Positions 1-9,625 of a DNA stretch of 64,000 nucleotides are shown here, one piece after another. A model generated the notes under the pieces. The model made no database searches, was not told the origin of the DNA, and saw nothing but the letters and a program-made list of their open reading frames with translations. Every line of letters begins with the position of its first letter. Position 1 is the stretch's first letter. The DNA is from Nitrosopumilaceae archaeon (GTDB lineage: Archaea; Thermoproteota; Nitrososphaeria; Nitrososphaerales; Nitrosopumilaceae), in NCBI GenBank assembly GCA_965207375.1, contig CBDBMG010000003.1, positions 416,001 to 480,000 of the forward strand, read 5' to 3'. The translations under genes and the position numbers were made by a program.

Positions 1-424
1 GATAACTACACTGTTAGAAATGGGTAGCTAGTTGTGATAACTACGAAGGAGTTATCCTTTGAGGAGAATTTTTGGTCTGAAAAACTCCTTTAGTACGTAG
101 CTAGCTACATATATTTAATAGTGTATGACATCAAGTTGAGCAGTTTGTGGCTACATAGCTACCAAAGTGCTAGGTATAATTTGAATAATAAAACTTTCAA
201 AGTGTAGATAGCTACGTATATTCAGTATCTATAATATTATTATAACGTAGCTAGCTAGTTATAGCTATAATAATAGGTAAAAGTTGATTTTTAATTTAAT
301 TAATTTAATCAAAACATGTACAACTAAACCACAAATACATATAGCTAGTTATTATAGCTATACATTATAGCTAGGTAACTAAATAACTAGGTCTAACAAA
401 TCAGTTATCAATGGGCGGTTATAC

Positions 425-1132
425 TTAGGCGGATTGACAAAAATTTTCTACCGCGACGGCAGGACGAGAGTAGCGTACGGAAGGTGAACAAGCATACTTC
501 TGATTTGGCTTAAACATTTCAACCAAAACTTTGTCAGCAATCTCCCATAATGGACGACTAACTTTAGCATGAAGACAAAAGGAATTGGTAAATAATCCTC
601 CGACAGCTCCCTCCCTCTTATCGTCCCAAGCAGGAATCTCGCTGTTAGCTCCACAGAAAAAGGCCACGGATTTTTCCAAGCGGGTATCCAACCTCCACGT
701 GTTTATCATTCCCCCAGAATGACAAGCGTCGATGATTACGTAAAGGGTTTTTCCCGATGGTAAATATTCGTCAATGTCTTCAGTAAGCTCCTCGTCTTTA
801 TACCACTCGTTGTAGTCTTCGACAATACACAAGCATTCGGTGTTGTTTCGCTTCATTCAGTTCCACTGATGACCCCCATGACCACAATTGAAATATATGA
901 GGAATTCCTCCTCGGTCTTGGTGAGAAAATCGATGAAGGTTTCACGATATTCTTTCTTTGTACTGTAAATCTTGCGGGAAGGATGTTTCGAAAGTTCCTC
1001 CGTGTTCACCAGCACATTTGAGATTCTAAATCCATTGCTATCACAGAGTTTAACCATGCTTTTAATGTCAGGACGGTTATCAATGAAGGGGTAGCATTTT
1101 GCACCAGTGATCAACGCAGCGGTTGCAGACAT
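425..1132 (-). CDS. Metacaspase (peptidase C14), prodomain-less, ~235 codons, interrupted by one in-frame TGA at 857-859 (pseudogene, readthrough or split gene)
   Basis: ORFs 857..1144 and 425..856 are in the same frame (...AAC TGA ATG AAG...). Motifs in order: AALITG (first strand), DIKSM (S1 Asp), STKKEY, YFNCGHGG (catalytic His), YVIIDACHSGG (catalytic Cys), GGLFTNSF and SPSV (p10 region). First true ATG at 1132; 1144 is TTG. Confidence 0.85.
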
Positions 1133-1429
1133 GACTAGATACAATATACGTATGGTAGCTTAATCTATAGTTCTATGACTACAGTGAAACAACTGTACTG
1201 TAGATATAGCTATTTATATAGCTTTATTAGCTCTACCGGCGAAAACCACAATTATAGCTACCTAGCTATATATAGCTATATAGCTACGCGTTTTTGTATA
1301 ATGAAATCGCATTTCCGCTTTTTATTGCAGCCCAAAAACTATAAAAAAGGCAGAAACTTATGTGCTGGTATATCAACATCCAGCGTGTTCAAAGCAGTTA
1401 TTTAGCTATACAGCTGAAATTCTTTCGAA
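1133..1429. promoter_or_regulatory. Putative bidirectional promoter between metacaspase and EF-hand ORF
   Basis: ~300 bp spacer between divergent ATGs, with TATAAAA (+, 1340-1346) and TATATAAA (-, 1213-1220) each ~80-90 nt upstream of an ATG. AT-rich context weakens the call. Confidence 0.4.
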
Positions 1430-1549
1430 ATGTCTACTACTCTCGCTAATGCAAAGAACCTTGCTATGTCCATATTGGACGTCGATGGTGACCACAGGAT
1501 ATCTCGCAGTGATTTTGAGAAGGCTATGAATAGAAATGATGCCAAATAG
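1430..1549 (+). CDS. 39-aa single EF-hand micro-protein (MSTTLANAKNLAMSILDVDGDHRISRSDFEKAMNRNDAK)
   Basis: Translated by hand. 12-residue loop D-V-D-G-D-H-R-I-S-R-S-D then F, flanked by predicted helices. A at -3, in-frame TGA 15 nt upstream, TATAAAA at 1340-1346. GTAAAG at 1549 could be a splice donor extending the protein. Confidence 0.7.
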   Translation: MSTTLANAKNLAMSILDVDGDHRISRSDFEKAMNRNDAK

Positions 1550-2064
1550 TAAAGCTAATAGTTGAATGTCCTATAAAAACAAAACATTAAGGTTTTTATC
1601 ATATTATAGTTTTTAAAGAATTAACTTACCAGGTGACGAAGGGCCCATTCGTGTGGCTTCAATTGTTATAACCAAACATCACTATATACATTCAATTAAT
1701 CCATCCTAGCTCTCCATGCATTTACCTATCTACAAACCTTACAATCGCTTACCACGATTCATAGTGGCTTCCTCGGGCGGGCTTCCTGGTTGACCAAAAA
1801 CAACATTTGGCTTTTTGATAGCCAACCACTTCCTTCCTTGAATAGAGCTGAGATGCGGAAGCCCAATCTACACGATTCAACATGCCGTGCCATTCAGCAC
1901 AGTGTATACACGCGATCGTTGTCCAACGTCACGGGCACGTGCTTGCACATTCCATACCGCCCCTTTACTGGATGTGCAAAACAATTGGCACTAATTAGAG
2001 TAGATTAATAATCGAGTGTAACTCGTGAATTATAGGGAGTTTTAAGAAATCCTACATTTAAAAT

Positions 2065-4061
2065 GAATCTCGTTATGTACAGATTTGATCACATCACGTG
2101 ATACGCATATTATCACGTACAAGTTAAACTTTGGTTGATTTTAGTGTACCGCAGGTGAACGTGGATTACCACACGTGTCGAAGGTTACTGCTACTTGAAG
2201 CCGATTTCGTTGTTGCGTAGGGGTGCATGGTTTTAACTGGCAGGAACAGTTGGTAGATTTATGACGTCCATTCCAGCACTGAGTTAAGTTATGCATCATT
2301 ATTATAATGTATGATTGATTTATCTATGTTCAGCTAAATATCATTTATTCTGTTCATAAGACTAAACCTAAGCCATATATAGCTTGGCCTGAGTGGTTCC
2401 CCCAGTCTTGTATTAGATTATGTATGCTAATTGAAGCCGATAATAATACTGTAGATGATTGCTATCCAATATTAATCTGTTATTTGTTATAGATGGTATC
2501 CAGTTGCAAGTCAGGTTTCTAACACTTATGGAGGCAATTATTAGACTCCAGTTGATATTGCGATTATGGAGTGATGCCGTGTGTATAATATTGAGCTATA
2601 TATGAATATAGTAGGCTTGTTGTTATGTATATGTTGTTCAACTTGCAGTCTATAACTGAGATAATCGTTCACATAATTACTGAGTCATCAACGTAGGTGT
2701 AGAATAATATACTATATGTAATGGACTCTTCAATGCCGGTATTGTCTTGCACTAATTTTTAGTCTGCCTCAGTGACACTTTCAACTTAGGCAAGTAAACT
2801 GTCATTGTTATTAAAAAATCCCTAGCATACTATTTATGCCCTAGCTTAAAAACTGCCTATTGATCAGCTGTAAACTGCGTTTACAGTTTCTACTGAAGAG
2901 AAATTAATGATAAATGACATAGGGTCCGGCATAATCACCAAGTTGTCTAGCAAGATAGTTTATACAAATGTAAGAGCCTTTTCCCACTATTGATGTTGCA
3001 ATTTATACTTCATTCTTCCGAGCAAAACATCCATGAGCAGTCAAAAGTTGATTGGTTGAACTGGACATTGGAAAAGAATAATATTACGTACATCTCCAGA
3101 AATCTGAAACCATGATTAGCCTCTCAATCATCACTCTTTTTATTATTATTATTGTAAAACCTCATAAATTTCTAGATAGCTACATATGTGATTGTAAGAG
3201 TCATTTAAATTGATAATGGTTGCAGTTTCAGGAGGTAACTTGTTCCAGAGGCTAATGGAGTTTGGGAAGAAACTATACTTGTATTGGTCAGTATGCATAG
3301 CGGGTTGTACAAATTTCATGGTATGTCCTCTTGTGATACGGGGAGCTGGGATGATATAGTCCAGTAAATTGAGTTCAACAAGACCATGGATGATCTTATA
3401 TAACATTATGAGGCATAGTTCTCTGTGTTGGGCTTTGACAGATCGCCACGTGCACTGTAGGAAAGTGAGCATAGCTGATACACTGCTAGTTCTGTGATGA
3501 TCTGACATTATAAACCGAGCTGCTCATTTTTGGATAGCTTCTAATTTATTGATATGATAGTTAGTGTGTGCACTCTATGTATAATAAATTATGTTATGCA
3601 TGCAAATATCAATCAGGCCATGTCATTCCAGTAATACAGGTAGTCCAAATGTGTGATGGTACATCAGCACTGGCATGCATCTTAACCTGCAAAAGAAATA
3701 AATATGATTATATTTACTTAATATACACACCCTGGTAATTCCTGCCAAGGCTGCCTAATACGAGACTGGAGTTACACATAGCTTAGTGTCATGTACAGAA
3801 TAAATATTTAGCTGAACATAAATCAATTACTCTGTTTAATGCATAACTTAACTGTTAAAGATGTTCTGGAATGGGCGTCATAAATCTACCAACTGTTCCT
3901 GCCAGTTAAAACCGCCCCTACGCAACAACGAAAGTAGCAGTACCTTCGACACGGGTGATAATCCACGTTCACCTGCGGTACACTAAATCAACCAAAGTTT
4001 AACTTGTACTTGATAATATGCGTATCACGTGATGTGATCAAGTCTGTACATAACGAGATTC
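2065..4061. mobile_element. Non-autonomous DNA transposon with ~215-bp TIRs and 8-bp TSD TTTAAAAT
   Basis: GAATCTCGTTATGTACAGA... at 2065 is the reverse complement of ...TCTGTACATAACGAGATTC ending at 4061. TTTAAAAT at 2057-2064 and 4062-4069. Superfamily unresolved (MULE/hAT-like). Confidence 0.85.
3137..3570 (-). mobile_element. 3' fragment of a non-LTR retrotransposon (CR1/L2-group ORF2 C-terminus) nested in the TIR element
   Basis: RTSSVSAML...LIMLYKIIHGLV...TRGH...YKYSFFPNSISLWNKLP, followed by a (TAA)n tail at ~3137-3153. Confidence 0.8.
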
Positions 4062-4152
4062 TTTAAAATGATCTTCATCGCACGGCGAGTCGACTGAAGG
4101 TTAGTATATTAATTAAGACTGCTTAGTTTTCGAGATAATTAATTACCTCATG

Positions 4153-4241
4153 CATTAATCATACTTTCGTCATACATTAATCACACTTTCGTCATACATT
4201 AATCATACTTTCGTCATACTTAACGCCCTTTCGTGACGAAA
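4153..4241. repeat. Three 22-bp tandem repeats (CATTAATCATACTTTCGTCATA) plus palindrome TTTCGTGACGAAA
   Basis: Direct reading; ~200-280 bp upstream of the MYND ORF. Confidence 0.8.
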
Positions 4242-4429
4242 TTCTAACCGCAATTTTTGTTTTTCTTAGTACTTGGTTTATAATATAATATATATCTTAG
4301 TACTAGATAAGATTAAACAACTAGCTAGCTAAATAGTGAAAGTGTAAAAACAACTTACGTAATTAAATAATTCGTTTCGCGGCACGTGACTATATTGTGA
4401 GGAAGACGTAATTTGTTTCTCTGAGAGAT

Positions 4430-6826
4430 ATGGCAATGGATTTGATGGAAGATGCGGTGAAGATTGGCCAAGAGGAGTTGCACAAGCGGCTCAGGCAGTT
4501 AATGAAGCTGGACAAAGACGAGAAATACTTCACATCACTTCTGTTCCGTCGAATGTTTGAAGAAGTAAAAAAGTGTAAGAACTGCGCCTTTCATGGCATA
4601 ATGAAAAAGCCTGCTCGCACTTATGAACGAAATTCTTACGGATCTGGCCTGGAACTTTATTTATCAAGCAAGGGAGTGGTTGGCAAACATATAATCCAGT
4701 GTCCCTTGTGCTCTGAAAAATTTGGTGCCTGGTCGTTTGAGAAACAAGACCTTCCGCCGGAGTCGCACAAGATATACGGACTAGAGGTACGCTATTATAC
4801 TCATAGGATGATGCAGAGTGCGTTAGTTTTTGATGTGATGGATCTCGTGAAAGTTGAAGAGATGGTGGACCCAGCGAAGAGGAAAGATAATTATGAGAAA
4901 GTAGGGGAGTTTATGTTAAAGAATGCGCGCAGGGTGAGTGAAGAATGGTGCTCCCCAGATAATGCTGAAGTGAGACAGAGTATGCTGTTTTGGTTATACG
5001 ACCAAACCATCTTCTCAGTGGAACAAAAGGCTGCCCACCATACTTTCTCAGACGAGAGCCGGGAACGTTACGACAGGACTGTGGAATCTTTTCTTCACAA
5101 TCTCGATAAGACAGAATCTCTACTGCGGCTGTTGAAAGAAACACTTTTTGATCATCCAACACATCCAGTATTTATGGTCTGGCTTTGTATTGCAATGACC
5201 CAAGTTGAGTTATTTTCAACCCTCATAAAGTTCTATGACCCAAAAATATTCATGAATTCGGATGACAAAGAATTTATAAATGTGCGACATCAATACAAAT
5301 CTCTTAATATGCCTAAAGAGATCAAGAAAATACCGATTGTATTAATGTTAATTGAGATGCCACGATTTTTTCATTATACTGATTTTGTTCACCTCAGGGC
5401 AGGGAAGAAGTCATATCCCACTAAAGAATTGGAGGTGGACAGGATTATGAGGAGTTGTTTGTCTAAAGAAGGTTTGAAAATGGCAATTGGTGGAGCGCAA
5501 GGAAAGAAAGTATTGAAGTCTGTTTTACAGCAAAGCCGTTTAGTCAAAAAGAGAATGTTTAACTACAGAATTTTTGACTGCTTGGATTATGTAGAATATT
5601 GTGAAGACTTTGAGAAAGAATTTGTTATAAAATTTCACAAGTTATCGATGGCAGATCAGTATAAACTGTGCCTGCGTGCCATCAAGATAGGTGAGAACTT
5701 TTCCAATGTGAAGTGTGCCACAGAACTGCCAAACCCTATTGTTCTTAAGGACTTATTTCAGGAGTCTTTCAATAATAATGAAGAAGTTATAGATGATGAC
5801 TTAGTCCCCTTCAAGGATCAACCAAAGAAGCATAGAGACATGAAAGAAACACTTGATATGCTTACTAAAAAGTCACAGTCAATTGTATTAGGACCTCCCT
5901 TGGAGGAAGAGTTGGAAATGCATTGTAATGGTAGTATGCATGTGGGTTATGATGCAGACTTGCCAAAACCAAAGGTGGAATCTAGTTCTGAAAGTAGCGA
6001 TAAAGATGAACCTATTCCAAAATTAGGTTCCACATTACCATTGGATGAGATTATGGATCGTGTAAGGGAGACACTAGCAGAACGTAACCTTTCCATTCCC
6101 GAGCAGTACATGCCGCATCCTATAACACTTCCTGCTGGATTAGTTCCGTCTGTCTCCAACGGTGGTAATGTCCAAGCCTTGATGCTGCCGGTACCACCTG
6201 CTGGATCCAAAGATGCTGAAGATTTAGCAGAGACAATGTCGAAATGTCTTCCTATGTACAGTCAGGAATCAACAGATTGGGCTAATTCTGTCATGAAGAG
6301 TCGTAATGTTTATACCATACACGTTCCGAGTACCGGTACAAGAAATCCTGATGGTACCTTACAAGTGACTTCCAAGATGTTTTATCATGGCAAGGAGACG
6401 CTCAGTACCACGCTGATGAACTTAGGCAACCACGCACACGTTGCTCAAATGGCCGCTGCTGCTACAAGCCAGCCCAGTGATGACACAAGCCATCCTAAAC
6501 AGGATAGCACAAATGATACGAAAACTCCAAAAGATGATACAAGTGATCTGAAAAAAGAGGCAAGCACTTCAAATAAAGATGTGACTAAAATTCCTACTGA
6601 AGATGACATTGCTACTGACACAGTGAAGGTAGCAGGGAAGGAGAACCATAAACAGGACATTGTGAAGAGAAAAGGGAAGATACCTCGCTCTTGTAGTCAC
6701 TGCAGTTCTACTCCAGAGAAGTTGCTCACATGTAAAGCATGTCGTTCAGTTGCATACTGCAGCAGTAATTGTCAGCGTGCTCATTGGAAACTCCACAAGA
6801 AAGATTGCCAACAACTTCAAGAATGA
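4430..6826 (+). CDS. Intronless 798-aa protein with C-terminal zf-MYND domain
   Basis: Uninterrupted 2.4-kb ORF. CSHC...CKACRSVAYCSSNCQRAHWKLHKKDC is a canonical MYND finger. N-terminal CKNC...CPLC pair; acidic low-complexity linker before MYND. Confidence 0.9.
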   Translation: MAMDLMEDAVKIGQEELHKRLRQLMKLDKDEKYFTSLLFRRMFEEVKKCKNCAFHGIMKKPARTYERNSYGSGLELYLSSKGVVGKHIIQCPLCSEKFGAWSFEKQDLPPESHKIYGLEVRYYTHRMMQSALVFDVMDLVKVEEMVDPAKRKDNYEKVGEFMLKNARRVSEEWCSPDNAEVRQSMLFWLYDQTIFSVEQKAAHHTFSDESRERYDRTVESFLHNLDKTESLLRLLKETLFDHPTHPVFMVWLCIAMTQVELFSTLIKFYDPKIFMNSDDKEFINVRHQYKSLNMPKEIKKIPIVLMLIEMPRFFHYTDFVHLRAGKKSYPTKELEVDRIMRSCLSKEGLKMAIGGAQGKKVLKSVLQQSRLVKKRMFNYRIFDCLDYVEYCEDFEKEFVIKFHKLSMADQYKLCLRAIKIGENFSNVKCATELPNPIVLKDLFQESFNNNEEVIDDDLVPFKDQPKKHRDMKETLDMLTKKSQSIVLGPPLEEELEMHCNGSMHVGYDADLPKPKVESSSESSDKDEPIPKLGSTLPLDEIMDRVRETLAERNLSIPEQYMPHPITLPAGLVPSVSNGGNVQALMLPVPPAGSKDAEDLAETMSKCLPMYSQESTDWANSVMKSRNVYTIHVPSTGTRNPDGTLQVTSKMFYHGKETLSTTLMNLGNHAHVAQMAAAATSQPSDDTSHPKQDSTNDTKTPKDDTSDLKKEASTSNKDVTKIPTEDDIATDTVKVAGKENHKQDIVKRKGKIPRSCSHCSSTPEKLLTCKACRSVAYCSSNCQRAHWKLHKKDCQQLQE

Positions 6827-6910
6827 ATTTATTATAATAGTTAATCTCATTTCTAACACACTAATAATATTTTACTACGTAATAATAATATAACACTGTA
6901 GCTTTAAAGT

Positions 6911-7371
6911 AACTTGTATCCCGGTGCGTGGGCGGATCAAAGAAACTACCAGGGTGGATAATTTAGTTATCCCCCAGTGCGCAGGGTGGATAACTAGTTA
7001 TCCACCCGTCGTCAGGGTGGATAACTAGTTATCCACCCGTCGTCAATGGTTACATGATACAAACGTTAAATACAAGGCTTTAAAGCTTGGAGATAACAGT
7101 GAAGCTACTTCAGGTATTGTATAACCTTGTTTGTAATTGATAGGGATAGTTGTAGCGATGTTGTAGGCTACTTTTGCAGTTGTTGTTTCCAAACGAATGT
7201 ATAAGAGTTGCCAATGAAAACTAGCTAAAAGATTGATGTATTCACCGGGATACAAGCTAGTTATATCCCAGTGCACTCGTGAGTTATCTTAGTTATTACC
7301 CTCGTCCTCGGCTTCGCCTCGGACTCGGGTAATAACTAAGATAACTCACTCGTACTGGGATATAACTAATA
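6911..7371 (+). mobile_element. Non-autonomous element: inverted-repeat-bounded body plus ~115-bp terminal hairpin, with internal 31-bp-period palindromic repeats
   Basis: AACTTGTATCCCGGTG (6912) pairs with CACCGGGATACAAGCT (7243). Hairpin ~7258-7371 with GC-rich loop. Perfect palindrome GGGTGGATAACTAGTTATCCACCC at 6984 and 7015. Confidence 0.65.
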
Positions 7372-7959
7372 CTTCAATTAACAAACTTTCACTGTTGCAG
7401 TTATAACCTGCCTAGCGCGGCCGTATGGAACGCCGTTTGTAACAAAAATAATTCAGTTATTTCGTGTCGAAACAAGAGTTTTATTTCGTGTCTAAATAAG
7501 AGCCTTATTTCGTGTCTAAATAAGATACCTTATTTCGTGTCTAAATAAGATACCTTATTTCGTGTCTAAATAAGACGTCTTATTATAAGCTTGCTTATTT
7601 CGTGTCGAAATAACAAATTTATTTTCATTCAGGCGCTATTTGCAAACTCGTTTAAGTTGACGCACAGTGATATGACCAGGCCTCAGCACGATGGGAGGCC
7701 TTTTTTGACAACCTTAGTCGTTTATTCTAGACATTTAGGGAATTGCACCCGGCGAGAGATATGCTTGTTATGTTGCAGAAAGCTCAGGAGTCTCAAACTA
7801 GGCACCAAGAATTCCATCTCGCTCAAATAATAATTCAAAAGGACAATGTTTGGTTGTGATGTTGAAGTCAAATGATCCTGAATATAGCTATGTTCTTTTA
7901 TTTGAGAAATAAACTGCACGCACATTCCCGCACATTTCCGGCCTTCTGCAGCATAACAG

Positions 7960-9333
7960 GGTGGGGTATATTTCACGGAACGGAAACGGAACACTTCCGC
8001 CGGAAGTAACAAACTTTTTTTCACTGATTATATCCGATTGTATCTCGGATTGTATTAATTCATGCATTCATTCATCCTTGCTAACAAACTCGCTTGAGCT
8101 AGCATACATTTTAACATAGATAGCTAGTATAATCTATGATTTTAGCCTCGATTTTAGCAAACTTTGCGTAGTCGCGTACATTATAAATGTAGTGGTAGCA
8201 GCACAACTCGAGGCACAACTAGCTAGCTAGCTACTAGCTATCAAATAGGAAATAGCTAGCTACGTAGCTAGACCAGCTACCCTCTGCCCTGTTGACTAGC
8301 TGCTATACGACCGGACTCTATAGCTATACACTTACGTAGTTATTTGACAATTCAATCGTCAGATCCTTATGCTCTGTCGTAGCCAGATCCGGAATACTGA
8401 GATAGTATAGCTATATGTATGTGCGTGTATACTCCAGGTGGGGAATTTGCACATTAGCTTATGCGGGCTATGGCATAGATATTTAACCAGACACGGGATT
8501 GGAAACTCTCACGTGATGTAAACGAATTTTCTTTTAAAAATACTCTTTTCAGAATCTTTAATGTAAGCCAGAGCACTTCTTAAGTTATTTATGCAACACT
8601 CGATATATATGGCTTATATTTTGCCGACGGCCTACCTTCAGAAGGAGGGATTATGTTTTTGTTCCCGTGCGCACTCCTCACCCACAGCATGCAAACAAAT
8701 CGTGGACCTGTTTTCAAGGATTTAACGTCACGCTCGAAGAATTTAAAGCCATATTCTACTAAATGAAGAATAATTCTATACCCCAATCGGTATTAAAACA
8801 TATAATTTACTTTCAATCGAAAGAAATAACCCAAAGCGGCAAAGTGCTGTAAACTTCAAACGAAACTTTTAGAATTTGTCAGGATTTGTGGACCCGATTA
8901 CGCGTACATTTTGAGTTGTATCCTCGTATAACTGGAGCTGCCAACAGCCTGTGTATTGCCATTTGCCCCAACGTAAATGTTTTGCACATTCAAACATTTA
9001 TATGGGGTTCTTTCGAGCCAAAGACTTGACATAAAAGAGGTGTAGGTGAGGAGTGTTTTCGTGACGTCACAGTTTCGGATCCCGTGTCTGGTTAAATATC
9101 TATGGCTATGGCCACTGAGACTATTAATTTGATAGCTAATATTTAACACTCCAGACGCGTTAAAGGGTCTGGCCATGCACTAAACAAGACTATGTTATTG
9201 TTAAAAGTACACAAAGGTCACTTAACTCGCAGCTACGTACATATGGCTATCCAAAATATTTCTGTTCCGTATATTATACTTCCGTTCCGCATTTTATACT
9301 ACTTCCGTTCCGTTCCGTGAAATATACCCCACC
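7960..9333. mobile_element. MULE-like non-autonomous element, 9-bp TSD GCATAACAG
   Basis: TIR GGTGGGGTATATTTCACGGAACGGA / TCCGTTCCGTGAAATATACCCCACC; TSD at 7951-7959 and 9334-9342. Confidence 0.8.
8474..9104. mobile_element. P-element-like MITE, 7-bp TSD GCTATGG
   Basis: TIR CATAGATATTTAACCAGACACGGGA / TCCCGTGTCTGGTTAAATATCTATG; TSD at 8467-8473 and 9105-9111. Confidence 0.8.
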
Positions 9334-9374
9334 GCATAACAGGCGTATCTCTCGCCGTGTGCAATTCCATAAAT

Positions 9375-9625
9375 GTGACCGGATTTGCAAAAACCTTCCT
9401 TATGGGCACATTTTACACACTGTCCTTCTTTTGAGCATAACTACTTGATAATTCATCCAATTTTTTATTTTTAAAGTTTTAATGAACTGAGTGATCATTT
9501 TGCAAGAGATCTGTATTATTATAACTCTGATAAAAATGAGAATTTAGAAGTTTGAAGGCATTCAATTTAAAATTTCCTGCCAAAATTCATGTGCCCTTAA
9601 GGATGGTTTTCGCAAATCCGGTCAC
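9375..9625. mobile_element. Sola-like MITE (GTGAC...GTCAC ends, 4-bp AWWT TSD AAAT)
   Basis: TIR GTGACCGGATTTGC. The empty site is visible in the left arm of the host foldback element. Confidence 0.8.

Noticed and set aside
1-424. SECIS element supporting Sec at the metacaspase TGA
   Set aside because: No convincing AUGA/GA kink-turn stem-loop seen by eye; the TGA is not at the catalytic Cys position.
4911-6660. Antisense ORFs within the MYND gene
   Set aside because: Short shadow frames with no recognisable motifs.
9-6860. CACTGTTAGAAATG at 9 and CATTTCTAACA at ~6848 as TIRs of one element carrying the metacaspase, EF-hand and MYND genes
   Set aside because: Only 11 bp match, the right end lacks the terminal GTG, no TSD, and such a match is plausible by chance in AT-rich DNA.
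6950-7045. CRISPR-like look of the 31-bp palindromic repeats
   Set aside because: Spacers are 7 bp and identical, no cas genes, eukaryotic context.
7450-7615. Short regular repeats (also 9760-9975) as CRISPR or iteron array
   Set aside because: They are mirror-image subrepeats within the TIRs of a foldback element, without unique spacers.
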